Position numbers and translations under genes: made by a program. From Candidatus Woesearchaeota archaeon (GTDB lineage: Archaea > Nanobdellota > Nanobdellia > Woesearchaeales > UBA10107): a stretch of 40,618 bases of DNA. The notes under the pieces were generated by a model that made no database searches, was not told the origin of the DNA, and saw only the letters and a program-made list of their open reading frames with translations. The stretch is taken from assembly GCA_016935155.1 (NCBI GenBank), contig JAFGRQ010000013.1, positions 1 through 40,618 of the forward strand, in the 5' to 3' direction. Shown here piece after piece: positions 15,155 through 24,263 of the stretch (its first letter is position 1; each line of letters begins with the position of its first letter).

Positions 15155-15538
15155 ATGGCTAAAAAAGAATTCACATACAGAGGAAAAACAACAGATGAAC
15201 TGAAGAAGCTTAGTATTCAGGAATTCATGAATCTTATTCCTTCGAGAGAAAGAAGAAAAATCAAGAGAGGTTTCACAGACCAGGAAAAAATCCTGCTCAA
15301 AGATATCAGAACTGGAAAGAATGATGTAGAAACTCACTGCAGAGACATGATAATACTTCCTGAAATGATTGGATTGACAATCAAAGTTCATACGGGAAAA
15401 GAATTTTTCCCCGTGTTAATCGCTGAAGACATGATTGGACACAAATTAGGAGAATTCGCAATGACAAGAAAGAACGTGCATCACGGAGCAGCAGGAATAG
15501 GAGCAACTAAATCAAGTGCCCATGCTTCAGTGCATTAA
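15155..15538 (+). CDS. rps19: 30S ribosomal protein S19 (uS19)
   Basis: [42 protein letters not shown]. The track start 15023 lies inside rpl2. Confidence 0.93.
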   Translation: MAKKEFTYRGKTTDELKKLSIQEFMNLIPSRERRKIKRGFTDQEKILLKDIRTGKNDVETHCRDMIILPEMIGLTIKVHTGKEFFPVLIAEDMIGHKLGEFAMTRKNVHHGAAGIGATKSSAHASVH

Positions 15539-15546
15539 GGATCAAA

Positions 15547-16029
15547 ATGACTCAATACAGATATGCATACCAAGGATATGATGCCAAGAAAATGGCGAGA
15601 GCAGTAGGCATCGGTATAAACATATCTTTCAAACAGGCAATGGAAATCTGCAAGCACATAAAACACAGAAGTTTAGAATCAGCAAGAACCATTCTTAATT
15701 CGGTTCTTGAAATGAAGCAAGCCATTCCTTACAAGGCTCACAACAAAGACGTTCCTCACAGAGCAGGAATGATGGCCGGAAGATATCCTCAAAATGCATC
15801 AAAAGAAATATTGAAGCTGCTTGATTCTGTTGAAGCAAACGCCAACAGCAAAGGATTAAGCAATCTATACATAACACACATAATCGCAAATATTGCTCCC
15901 GCAATAAGAAGGGGCGGAAGAAATGCCGGAGAAGGAAAAAGAGCTCATGTTGAAATTGTTGTTGAGGAAAAAAAGGTGGAGAAGAAAAAATACACCCCAA
16001 TAAAAGACAGAAAAGGTAAAACAAAATGA
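15547..16029 (+). CDS. rpl22: 50S ribosomal protein L22 (uL22)
   Basis: ARAVGIGINISFKQAMEICKHIKHRSLESA..PHRAGMMAGRYP. Confidence 0.92.
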   Translation: MTQYRYAYQGYDAKKMARAVGIGINISFKQAMEICKHIKHRSLESARTILNSVLEMKQAIPYKAHNKDVPHRAGMMAGRYPQNASKEILKLLDSVEANANSKGLSNLYITHIIANIAPAIRRGGRNAGEGKRAHVEIVVEEKKVEKKKYTPIKDRKGKTK

Positions 16030-16856
16030 TAGAAAGGCAATTCATATCGCAAAACATGAAGGAATATCTTGTTCAGGAGTATATAGCTCAAAACTTAAAG
16101 AATGTTGGCTTGAGCCACACTAAACTTGTGAAAACTCCTGCCGGAATAAAAATAATAATTTATGCTTCGAGACCCGGTCTTATTGTTGGAAGAAAGGGCG
16201 CAAACATAAAGGAATTGACATTGACAATGAAAAACAAATTTAAGCTTGAAAATCCCCAGATAGAAATCGCTGAGGTTCCTAACATAAATCTTGACCCATT
16301 CATTGTTGCAGAGAAAATTGCATCAACAATAGAAAGGTTCGGTACGCAGAGATTCAAAGGAATTGCACACAAAATTATGAGCGATGTTCTTGGAGCGGGA
16401 GCCAGAGGAATTGAACTTTTGATTTCGGGAAAAATTCCGAGTGCAAGAGCAAAATCGTGGAGATTTTCGGCAGGATACTTGAAAAAGTGCGGGGATATCG
16501 CTGTAAGCGGCGTAAAGAAAGCAATAAGCTCCGCAAAATTGAAAACAGGGACAATTGGTGTGCAGGTTAAAATAATGCCTCCAGATATTAAGCTTCCTGA
16601 TGATATTACGATTTATGATGAAAAAACAATAGAAGAAAATTCAGCTGCTGAAAAGAAGGCAGAAGAAATCGCTGATGAAAAGAAGAGGTCAAGAAAATCA
16701 AAGAAACCTCGGCAGGAACATAAAGAACACAAGAAGGAAAAGAAATCGGCGCCCAAACAAATCCATATTCAAAAGGAAGAACACAAAGAAGAAGTTCAGA
16801 AAAAACAGGAAATCAAGCAGGAAAATAAAACTGAACATCAGGGTGGTGCTCAATGA
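16026..16856 (+). CDS. rps3: 30S ribosomal protein S3 (uS3) with ~70-aa K/E-rich tail
   Basis: KH-domain core IIIYASRPGLIVGRKGANIKEL. ATGA overlaps at both ends. Confidence 0.93.
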   Translation: MIERQFISQNMKEYLVQEYIAQNLKNVGLSHTKLVKTPAGIKIIIYASRPGLIVGRKGANIKELTLTMKNKFKLENPQIEIAEVPNINLDPFIVAEKIASTIERFGTQRFKGIAHKIMSDVLGAGARGIELLISGKIPSARAKSWRFSAGYLKKCGDIAVSGVKKAISSAKLKTGTIGVQVKIMPPDIKLPDDITIYDEKTIEENSAAEKKAEEIADEKKRSRKSKKPRQEHKEHKKEKKSAPKQIHIQKEEHKEEVQKKQEIKQENKTEHQGGAQ

Positions 16857-17062
16857 AAAGAAAAGACGTGCTCTCATTAGAAACGGGAGACTACGAAACA
16901 AAACTTGCAGAATTCAGAAAAGAGCTGATAAAATTAAATGCTCAGGCAAGTACTGGAACAGCAGCAAAAAATCCCGGACTGCTAAGGCAGACAAAAAAGA
17001 ATGTTGCGAGGATGCTCACGCTGATAAATCAAAAAAATGAAAGGAGGATTGCGAAAAAGTAA
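16853..17062 (+). CDS. rpl29: 50S ribosomal protein L29 (uL29)
   Basis: LAEFRKELIKLNAQASTGTAAKNPGLLRQTKKNVARMLT. Confidence 0.9.
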   Translation: MKRKDVLSLETGDYETKLAEFRKELIKLNAQASTGTAAKNPGLLRQTKKNVARMLTLINQKNERRIAKK

Positions 17063-17370
17063 TGAGTAATGTCTGCCAAACATGCGGATTGCCAAAGGAA
17101 TTGTGCGTTTGCGAATCAATAGCGCAAGAAAGCCAAAAAATCGTGGTGTATACCGTTGAAAAAAAGTTCGGAAAGATATATACTGTCATCGAAGGGATTG
17201 GCGACAAGCAAATCAGCCTGAAAGAACTGATAAAAAAGCTGAAAAACAAACTTGCATGCGGCGGAACAATAGAAAAAAACAACATAGAACTGCAGGGAAA
17301 TCACAAAAACAAAATAATGAATGCGCTTGTCGAGGCGGGATTTTCCCCTGAAACGATAGAAATCAAATGA
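17062..17370 (+). CDS. sui1: translation initiation factor SUI1/aIF1
   Basis: N-terminal zinc knuckle CQTCGLPKELCVCE and the SUI1 core LKNKLACGGTIEKNNIELQGNH. Confidence 0.9.
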   Translation: MSNVCQTCGLPKELCVCESIAQESQKIVVYTVEKKFGKIYTVIEGIGDKQISLKELIKKLKNKLACGGTIEKNNIELQGNHKNKIMNALVEAGFSPETIEIK

Positions 17371-17603
17371 AAGGAAAGCAAATTGTGCTGATTGGCAAAA
17401 AAATCACAATCACAGAATCAAACAACAAAAGTCTCGAAGGAATTCGGGGAGTCGTTGTTGATGAAACAAAAAACACAATTTCCATCGAATGCGATGGAAA
17501 AACAAGAAAGGTGGTCAAGGAGCAATGCATCTTTGATGTTGAAGGAGAAACAATAGATGGGGCAGAGATTGCAAAAAGTCCCGAAGAGAGAGTAAAACAA
17601 TGA
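17367..17603 (+). CDS. rnp1: RNase P protein component 1 (Rpp29/Pop4)
   Basis: [34 protein letters not shown]. Canonical position between SUI1/rpl29 and rps17. Confidence 0.85.
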   Translation: MKGKQIVLIGKKITITESNNKSLEGIRGVVVDETKNTISIECDGKTRKVVKEQCIFDVEGETIDGAEIAKSPEERVKQ

Positions 17604-17938
17604 CAGCAAAAGAAACAAAGAAAGAAGAAAAAACTGAAAAATCGAAAGCATCTGCTCAGTGTGCAGACCCTCACTGCCCATTCCACGGAATGCTCAGCAC
17701 CAGAGGAAGAACATTCATCGGAAAGGTAATTTCTGACAGAATGTCAAAAAGTGTTACTGTACGATGGGACAGATCAATTTACGTTCCGAAATATGAAAGA
17801 TTTGAAAAAAAATGGTCGAAGGCAAAGGCGCACAATCCGGACTGTCTAAATGTGAAAATGGGCGATACTGTCAAGATTGTTGAGTGCAGGCCGATAAGCA
17901 AAACAAAACATTTTGTTGTTGTGGAGAAGATTAAGTAA
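17600..17938 (+). CDS. rps17: 30S ribosomal protein S17 (uS17)
   Basis: [40 protein letters not shown]. Confidence 0.93.
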   Translation: MTAKETKKEEKTEKSKASAQCADPHCPFHGMLSTRGRTFIGKVISDRMSKSVTVRWDRSIYVPKYERFEKKWSKAKAHNPDCLNVKMGDTVKIVECRPISKTKHFVVVEKIK

Positions 17939-17939
17939 A

Positions 17940-18341
17940 ATGCAGGCAATAAAAGCAAAAATAAGCAAAGGATTGAATCAAGGCTCCTATATTGAGACCT
18001 GCGATAATTCTGGAGCTAAAGTTGTAAAGATTGTTTCAATCATAAACAGAAAAACAAGAAAAGGACAAAAACCGAGCTGCGGAATTGGAGACTTGCTGCT
18101 TGTCGCTGTAAAAAAAGGAACTCCAGAAATGAGGAAAACCGTTACTTATGCCACAATTGTCAGGCAAAAAAAAGAATACAGAAGACCGGACGGAACAAGA
18201 ATAAAATTTGAAGACAATGCTGCTGTTGTCCTAAAAGACGAGGATGGAAATCCTAAAGGAACTATATTCAAGGGACCAATAGCGAAAGAGGCCGCCGACA
18301 GGTGGCCAGGGGTAATGAAAATTGCGAGGATAATAATCTAA
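17940..18341 (+). CDS. rpl14: 50S ribosomal protein L14 (uL14)
   Basis: MQAIKAKISKGLNQGSYIETCDNSGAK..NAAVVL. The track start 17913 overlaps rps17. Confidence 0.93.
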   Translation: MQAIKAKISKGLNQGSYIETCDNSGAKVVKIVSIINRKTRKGQKPSCGIGDLLLVAVKKGTPEMRKTVTYATIVRQKKEYRRPDGTRIKFEDNAAVVLKDEDGNPKGTIFKGPIAKEAADRWPGVMKIARIII

Positions 18342-18342
18342 A

Positions 18343-18729
18343 ATGAAATCTGAATTTACAAACAGCTGGAAGAGAAGCAGGCAGACAAGAAAGCAGAGAA
18401 AATATCTGGCAAATGCTCCGCTTCACACTAAAAGAAAATTCATTTCGGCAAGACTTTCGAAGGAACTTACTCAAAAACACAAAACGAGAAGCATGCAGCT
18501 TAGAAAAGGAGATAAAGTAAAAATTGTAGTTGGAAACTACAAAAATCATTCGGGAAAAATAGATCTCATTGAAACTAAATACGGCAGAATATATGTTGAA
18601 GGAACAGCAAGAACAAAAACGGACGGGACAAAATCGCTATATCCGGTCCACCCTTCAAATGTAATAATCCAAGAACTAAATCTCGAGGACAAGAAAAGAA
18701 AAGCAATACTCGAGAGGAAGCAGAAATAA
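18343..18729 (+). CDS. rpl24: 50S ribosomal protein L24 (uL24)
   Basis: KOW motif LRKGDKVKIVVGNYKNHSGKI. Confidence 0.92.
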   Translation: MKSEFTNSWKRSRQTRKQRKYLANAPLHTKRKFISARLSKELTQKHKTRSMQLRKGDKVKIVVGNYKNHSGKIDLIETKYGRIYVEGTARTKTDGTKSLYPVHPSNVIIQELNLEDKKRKAILERKQK

Positions 18730-18730
18730 A

Positions 18731-19417
18731 ATGGTAAAAAACCACTTAAAAAGAATTGCCATGCCAAAAACATGGACCACTGCAGACAAGAAAGGCATAG
18801 TATGGGCGCCGAAAGTAAATCCGGGAGCCCATTCAATGAATGAAGGCCTGCCTTTAGTTATATTGATGAGAGAACTGCTGAAACTTGCAAATACCAAAAG
18901 AGAAGTCAGGAATATCTTGAACCACAAAAAAATACTTATTGACGGCAAACAAAGAAAAGACCACAAATTCAATGTCGGACTAATGGACATTATTTCAATA
19001 GAAGAAACAAAAGAGAATTTCAGGATGTCTTTCAACAAATATGGAAAACTTGTTCCTGTTGCAATAGACCAAAAAGAAGCGAAAGAAAAAATTTGCAAAA
19101 TAAAAGGGAAGGGATTCTACGAAGGAAAATCCCAATTAAGATTAAGCGATGGAAGAATTATTTTGATAGAAAAAGGAAATTACAAAACATCAGACAGTAT
19201 AATCATAACTGTCCCCGAACAGAAGATTGTTCAGCATCTTCCATTTGAGAAGGGAGCCGCAATAATGCTTACCGGAGGAAAAAAAATCGGAGTAATCGGA
19301 GTAATCGAGGAAATAAAGAAAGACGTGATAAGAATTAAATCGCACAATGACGTTTTCGAAACAGACAAGAAGCACTGCTTCGTTGTTGGAAAAGGGAAAC
19401 CGTCTTTGACGGTGTAA
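18731..19417 (+). CDS. rps4e: 30S ribosomal protein S4e
   Basis: HLKRIAMPKTW..HKFNVGLMDIISI. Confidence 0.92.
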   Translation: MVKNHLKRIAMPKTWTTADKKGIVWAPKVNPGAHSMNEGLPLVILMRELLKLANTKREVRNILNHKKILIDGKQRKDHKFNVGLMDIISIEETKENFRMSFNKYGKLVPVAIDQKEAKEKICKIKGKGFYEGKSQLRLSDGRIILIEKGNYKTSDSIIITVPEQKIVQHLPFEKGAAIMLTGGKKIGVIGVIEEIKKDVIRIKSHNDVFETDKKHCFVVGKGKPSLTV

Positions 19418-19426
19418 AAATTGAAA

Positions 19427-19945
19427 ATGGAATCAGAAGCAAGACAAATCAGGATGGAGAAACTCACGCTCAACATAGGTGCAGGAAAAAATGCTGCTCT
19501 GTTGGACAAAGGAGTTAAGCTCTTGAAAACCATAAGCAATGTCAATCCTGTCAAAACGATAACTCAAAAAAGAATTCCTGGATGGGGATTGAGGCCCGGT
19601 CTTCCGATTGGATGCAAAGTAACGCTGAGAAAAAAAGCGGCAGAAGAAGTACTGAAAAAATTGCTGGTTGCAAAGAACTTTGTGCTTAAAGAAAGCCAAT
19701 TTGATGACAATGGGAATGTCGCTTTTGGAATTCATGAATATATAGATATTCCATCCGTAAAATATGACCCGGAAATAGGAATTATCGGACTGGAGGTCTG
19801 TGTCACTCTCGAAAGGCCCGGATTCAGAATCAAAAAAAGAAAAGTTCAGCAGAAGAAAATCCCAAATAGGCACAAGATAACGAGAACCGATGCAATTGTG
19901 TTCATGAAAAACGCTTTTGGCGTGAAAGTAGGTGAAGAAGAATGA
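19427..19945 (+). CDS. rpl5: 50S ribosomal protein L5 (uL5)
   Basis: MEKLTLNIGAGKN..FGIHEYIDIP. The track start 19421 is TTG, two codons upstream. Confidence 0.92.
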   Translation: MESEARQIRMEKLTLNIGAGKNAALLDKGVKLLKTISNVNPVKTITQKRIPGWGLRPGLPIGCKVTLRKKAAEEVLKKLLVAKNFVLKESQFDDNGNVAFGIHEYIDIPSVKYDPEIGIIGLEVCVTLERPGFRIKKRKVQQKKIPNRHKITRTDAIVFMKNAFGVKVGEEE

Positions 19946-20172
19946 CCGTAAGTGATTACAAAAAAATATTGAAAGTTATAAAAAACAAGAATGGCAAGAT
20001 AGCCAAATACAATAAATACAATGTTCCTAAAGCCAGAAAATGCGGCACATCGACGCATAAATGCTGTATTTGCCTGAGAACGGGCGGCCATGTCGGAAAA
20101 TACGGCCTGAGTTTGTGCAGACACTGCTTTAGAGAAAACGCACAGAGACTTGGATTCAAGAAATTCAATTGA
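19942..20172 (+). CDS. rps14: 30S ribosomal protein S14 (uS14), zinc-binding type
   Basis: CCICLRTGGHVGKYGLSLCRHCFRE (CxxC...CxxC). Confidence 0.9.
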   Translation: MTVSDYKKILKVIKNKNGKIAKYNKYNVPKARKCGTSTHKCCICLRTGGHVGKYGLSLCRHCFRENAQRLGFKKFN

Positions 20173-20180
20173 GGATAAAA

Positions 20181-20573
20181 ATGGTTATGAATGACACACT
20201 GTCGGCAGCGATGTCGAACATATACAATGGAGAAAAAATCAGCAAGAAAGAAGTAATCATATTTCCTGTTTCGGGTATCATCAAAAAAACACTTGACGTT
20301 ATGAAAAACAATTATTATATTGGAGATTATGGAGAGAATAAGGACAGCAAAGGAAACTCTTTGAAAATAAATCTGCTTGGCAAGATAAACAAGTGCGGAG
20401 CGATAAAACCTAGGTTCTCTGTCGCACTTGGTGAATACGAAAAGTTCGAAAAAAGATTCCTTCCGGCCAAGGATTTTGGAATTTTGATTGTTTCAACCAA
20501 CAAAGGAATGATGACCCATATGCAGGCAAAAGAAAAAAAATTGGGAGGAAAGCTTATTGCTTACTGCTACTAA
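20181..20573 (+). CDS. rps8: 30S ribosomal protein S8 (uS8)
   Basis: MVMNDTLSAAMSNIYNGE. gagg lies 7 nt upstream of ATG 20181. The track start 20169 is TTG. Confidence 0.92.
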   Translation: MVMNDTLSAAMSNIYNGEKISKKEVIIFPVSGIIKKTLDVMKNNYYIGDYGENKDSKGNSLKINLLGKINKCGAIKPRFSVALGEYEKFEKRFLPAKDFGILIVSTNKGMMTHMQAKEKKLGGKLIAYCY

Positions 20574-20574
20574 A

Positions 20575-21120
20575 ATGAAACTTGACGAATTGAAAAATAC
20601 GGTCGTAATTCCCGAAGGTGTTTCAATTATTATAAACGGCAATACAATAAATGCAAAGGGGCCGCACGGAGAAGTTTCAAGAAAATGGAACAATCCAAGA
20701 ATATTTGTCAAAGTTGATGGAAACAATGCAGTAATAATTGCTAAGAATGCGTCAAAAAAAGAAAAAAGGATGCTTGTTACGGTGAAGGCCCATATTAAAA
20801 ACATGATTGATGGAGTAAATAAGAATAATGAGTGTAAACTGAAGATTTGTTCAAGTCACTTTCCGATGCAGGTAGCTATGGAAGGAAATACTCTTGTTGT
20901 TAAAAACTTCCTGGGAGAAAAAGTTGCGAGAAAGACCACACTGCCAAAAGACGTTCAAGTCAAGATTCAAGGAGATAAAATTTCATTAACCGGGCCTGAC
21001 ATCGAAACTGTTGGAATGTCAGTATCAAAAATAGAGCAGCTTTGCAGAATTACGAACAGAGACAGAAGGATTTTTCAGGACGGGATATATTTGATAGAAA
21101 AAAACGGAAGGGCGCTTTAA
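20575..21120 (+). CDS. rpl6: 50S ribosomal protein L6 (uL6)
   Basis: MKLDELKNTVVIPEGVSIIINGNTINAKGPHGE. ATG follows directly after the rps8 stop. The track start 20557 is TTG inside rps8. Confidence 0.92.
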   Translation: MKLDELKNTVVIPEGVSIIINGNTINAKGPHGEVSRKWNNPRIFVKVDGNNAVIIAKNASKKEKRMLVTVKAHIKNMIDGVNKNNECKLKICSSHFPMQVAMEGNTLVVKNFLGEKVARKTTLPKDVQVKIQGDKISLTGPDIETVGMSVSKIEQLCRITNRDRRIFQDGIYLIEKNGRAL

Positions 21121-21121
21121 A

Positions 21122-21700
21122 ATGACAGATATAAAAGAATTGATAAAAATTAAGAAGGCCTTGGACAGAAAAAGACCCGGATTCAAAAGAGACGGCTACG
21201 GAAAAAGAATGAGGATAACTGCTGAGTGGAGGAAACCGCGCGGACTTCACAACAAAATGAAGAACAAAAAAGCCGGCCACAGAAGAATGCCTATGCCTGG
21301 CTTCAGAACTAACAGACTAGTGAGAGGACTTCATATGACTGGACTGATGCCTGTAAAGGTAAGCTCACTCGTTGATATCGCTATGATGGATAAAGGAACG
21401 CAAGGGGCAATAATTGCAAATGGTGTTGGAAACAGAAAAAGAGTCATATTGATAGAAGCACTGAAGAAAGCGGGAATTCATATTTTGAATCTCAAGGAAA
21501 ATCATTCTCAAAAAATAAAAGAGGCCTTAGAAATCAGGAAAAAGGCCAGAGAAAACAAACTTCTTGAAAAAAAAGAGAAAAGCAAAAAAGCAGAGAAAAA
21601 AGGAGAGAAGAAAGAAATTAAAGAAGAATTGACTCCAGAGCAGAAAGCAGAAGAAGAAAAGAAAGAAAAAGACAAAATACTGACGAAGGCTGAAAAATGA
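21122..21700 (+). CDS. rpl32e: 50S ribosomal protein L32e with ~60-aa K/E-rich tail
   Basis: RPGFKRDGYGKRMRITAEWRKPRGLHNKMK. Confidence 0.9.
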   Translation: MTDIKELIKIKKALDRKRPGFKRDGYGKRMRITAEWRKPRGLHNKMKNKKAGHRRMPMPGFRTNRLVRGLHMTGLMPVKVSSLVDIAMMDKGTQGAIIANGVGNRKRVILIEALKKAGIHILNLKENHSQKIKEALEIRKKARENKLLEKKEKSKKAEKKGEKKEIKEELTPEQKAEEEKKEKDKILTKAEK

Positions 21701-22167
21701 AACTCCAAAGAAGACTAGCATCGCAAATACTGAACTGTTCGCCAAAGAAAATTGTTTTTGATGACAGCAGAATGGAAGAAATTGGAGAAGCCATTACAAA
21801 CTCTGACGTTAGAAGGCTGATAGGTACCGGTGCAATTATCCAGCTTCAGAAATTTGGAGTTTCAAGAAGCATAGCAAGGAAAAGAAAATCTCAGAAGGCA
21901 AAAGGAAGATTAAGAGGGCAGGGTTCAAGAAAGGGTTTGGCCACGGCGAGAGGGGAAACTCAAAAAAGACTGTGGATTAACAAGGTCAGACTCCAGAGGT
22001 CGCTCATCAAGAAACTCAAAAAAAGCAGCCACGTAAATCAAGAAACATACCGTGACCTGTACAACAAAATTAAAGGCGGCTTTTTCAGAAGCAAAAGACA
22101 CGTCCTGTTGTTTTTAGAAGAAAAAGACATATTGAAGTCAAAAGATAAAACCGGGGAGAAGAAATAA
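21697..22167 (+). CDS. rpl19e: 50S ribosomal protein L19e
   Basis: MKLQRRLASQILNCSPKKIVFD..RKRKSQKAKGRLRGQGSRKG. Confidence 0.92.
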   Translation: MKLQRRLASQILNCSPKKIVFDDSRMEEIGEAITNSDVRRLIGTGAIIQLQKFGVSRSIARKRKSQKAKGRLRGQGSRKGLATARGETQKRLWINKVRLQRSLIKKLKKSSHVNQETYRDLYNKIKGGFFRSKRHVLLFLEEKDILKSKDKTGEKK

Positions 22168-22171
22168 CAAA

Positions 22172-22684
22172 ATGAAAAATAAAAGACAGGTAATACCTTT
22201 TAGAAGAAAGAGAGAAGGTAAAACTAATTACAAGAAGAGGATTGCATATTTGACATCCGGTCTTCCAAGGCTGGTTATCAGAAGATCTTTGAAAAATGTT
22301 GTTGTTCAAATAATTACGTACGAGCCGCAGGGAGACAGAGTGGTTGCAAGCGCTAATTCAAAAGACATTAAAAAACTCGGATGGAAGGGCTCGGGAAGCA
22401 ATATTCCGTGTGCATATCTCGTCGGATTCCTTGCAGGAGTCAAGGCCAAAGGCGCAAAGATAAACGAGGCAATAGCAGACTTAGGTCTTTATCAGCAAAT
22501 AAAAGGCTCGAAGATTTATGCCGCCTTAAAGGGTGCTTTCGATGCAGGACTCAAAATTCCTCTCGATGAATCTGTTGTTCCAAATGCTGAAAGACTAAGA
22601 GGAAAGCACATATCAGAACACAGAAAAGTTGATGCTGAAAAGGACTTCGAAGAAGTGCTATCAAAAATCAAAGGTGCAAAATGA
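22172..22684 (+). CDS. rpl18: 50S ribosomal protein L18 (uL18)
   Basis: PFRRKREGKTNYKKRIAYL..RLVIRRSLKNVVVQI. Confidence 0.92.
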   Translation: MKNKRQVIPFRRKREGKTNYKKRIAYLTSGLPRLVIRRSLKNVVVQIITYEPQGDRVVASANSKDIKKLGWKGSGSNIPCAYLVGFLAGVKAKGAKINEAIADLGLYQQIKGSKIYAALKGAFDAGLKIPLDESVVPNAERLRGKHISEHRKVDAEKDFEEVLSKIKGAK

Positions 22685-23469
22685 GCGAAGAAGAAATAAA
22701 AATCCAAAATGCTGTTGAGCCCGCTGAAGAAGTAATCGTACCGATTGACGAGGCGAAAATTGAAAAAACAAGAGAAGATGTTGATATGTGGAAGCCTGTG
22801 TCAGATTTGGGAAGAAAAGTAAAAAGCGGAGAAATAACTGATTTGAATATCATCTTTGACAGAGGACTCAAAATAAAAGAATCCAAAATTGTTGACGCAC
22901 TGCTTGACAATGCTGAATCTGACTTGATTAATATTGGACAGTCAAAAGGAAAGTTTGGAGGCGGAAAAAGAAAAGCATTCAAGCAAACACAGAAAAAAAC
23001 AAATGAAGGCAACAAACCAAAATTTGCTACTTTTGCTATCGTCGGAAATAGAAATGGATTTGTTGGATTGGGATACGGAAAAACAAAGGAAACTGTCCCG
23101 GCAAGAGAAAAGGCGCTGAGAAATGCAAAATTAAATCTTATGAGAATCAGAAGAGGCTGCGGTTCATGGCAATGCGGATGCAAGACGCCGCACAGCATCC
23201 CTTATCAAGTTGAAGGGGCGTGCGGTTCAGTAAGAATTGTCCTCAGACCGGCACCAAAAGGCACTGGCTTGAAAATTGAAAAAGAATGCCAGAAAATACT
23301 TTCGCTTGCAGGAATAAAGGATGTCTGGGCAAAAAGATACGGCCAGGCGAGGAACAAAATAAATCTTGTTAAGGCATGTGAACAGGCACTCAAAAAATTA
23401 AGTACAACGAAAGTCCAGGAGAAATTTTCAGAATCCCTCGGGATTGTTGATGGGAGCAAGGTAAAGTAA
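22681..23469 (+). CDS. rps5: 30S ribosomal protein S5 (uS5)
   Basis: FAIVGNRNGFVGLGYGKTKETVPAREKA..LRPAPKGTGL. Confidence 0.93.
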   Translation: MSEEEIKIQNAVEPAEEVIVPIDEAKIEKTREDVDMWKPVSDLGRKVKSGEITDLNIIFDRGLKIKESKIVDALLDNAESDLINIGQSKGKFGGGKRKAFKQTQKKTNEGNKPKFATFAIVGNRNGFVGLGYGKTKETVPAREKALRNAKLNLMRIRRGCGSWQCGCKTPHSIPYQVEGACGSVRIVLRPAPKGTGLKIEKECQKILSLAGIKDVWAKRYGQARNKINLVKACEQALKKLSTTKVQEKFSESLGIVDGSKVK

Positions 23470-23470
23470 A

Positions 23471-23830
23471 ATGAAGGCAGAAAAAATAGCGGTGGTTGCT
23501 GTGAGAGGATTTCACGATTTGAATGAAGACGTTAAAAAAACATTGAAGCTTCTTAACATGCATAGGAGAAATGTTTGTGTCGTTGTTCCAAACACACCTA
23601 ACGTGCTTGGGATGGTTTCAAAAATAAAGAAATATGTAACATATGGAGAAATTGACGATGAAACTCTGGCCCTTCTGAAAAAGAAGAAAGGAGATTACAA
23701 ATATTACAATTTGAACAGCCCAAGAAAAGGCTATGGAAGAAAAGGAATCAAGAAAGATTTTGTTTGCGGAGGAGCTTTGGGGTACAGGGGCGCTGCAATA
23801 AATGATTTAATCAAGAGGATGCTGCAATGA
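23471..23830 (+). CDS. rpl30: 50S ribosomal protein L30 (uL30)
   Basis: IAVVAVRGFHDLNEDVKKTLKLLNMHRRNVCVVV. Confidence 0.9.
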   Translation: MKAEKIAVVAVRGFHDLNEDVKKTLKLLNMHRRNVCVVVPNTPNVLGMVSKIKKYVTYGEIDDETLALLKKKKGDYKYYNLNSPRKGYGRKGIKKDFVCGGALGYRGAAINDLIKRMLQ

Positions 23831-24255
23831 CATTCAGAAAAAGAAAGAAGAACAGCAGGCAAAGAGGAAGTCACACCCATGGATGGGGAGAAAAGAAAAA
23901 ACACAGAAAGGCAGGACATAGAGGAGGAAAAGGCAGAGCAGGCTCTGGAAAAAGAGCAGACCAGAAAAAACCAATGTACTGGCTCGAAGGAAGAACTTCA
24001 AAATCAGGATTTAAATCAAAAAACCAAGCCGAATCTAATGCAATAAATGTTGGAGACCTTTCTTTAATGATAGACAACAAGAAGTTTGAGAAAAAAGGCA
24101 ATTCCTTCGATATCGACCTTTCTGCTCTTGGATATACAAAACTTTTAAGTAAGGGAGCAGCAAAATATCCTATGAACATCGCCGTTTTGGCTGCGACTGA
24201 AAAAGCTGTTGAAAAAGTAAAATCAAAGGGCGGAAACGTAGTTCTGCCTCAGTAA
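23827..24255 (+). CDS. rpl15: 50S ribosomal protein L15 (uL15)
   Basis: RKRKKNSRQRGSHTHGWGEKKKHRKAGHRGGKGRAGSGKR. Confidence 0.92.
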   Translation: MTFRKRKKNSRQRGSHTHGWGEKKKHRKAGHRGGKGRAGSGKRADQKKPMYWLEGRTSKSGFKSKNQAESNAINVGDLSLMIDNKKFEKKGNSFDIDLSALGYTKLLSKGAAKYPMNIAVLAATEKAVEKVKSKGGNVVLPQ

Positions 24256-24263
24256 AGGGGAAT

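Noticed and set aside
16675-17040. 121-aa K/R-rich ORF, plus the many minus-strand ORFs across 13.3-24.2 kb (e.g. 17363..17686, 18676..19098, 19433..19873, 22668..23198).
   Set aside because: They are alternate-frame or antisense readings of AAG/GAA-rich ribosomal protein genes. Every position is already explained by a strongly supported r-protein CDS.
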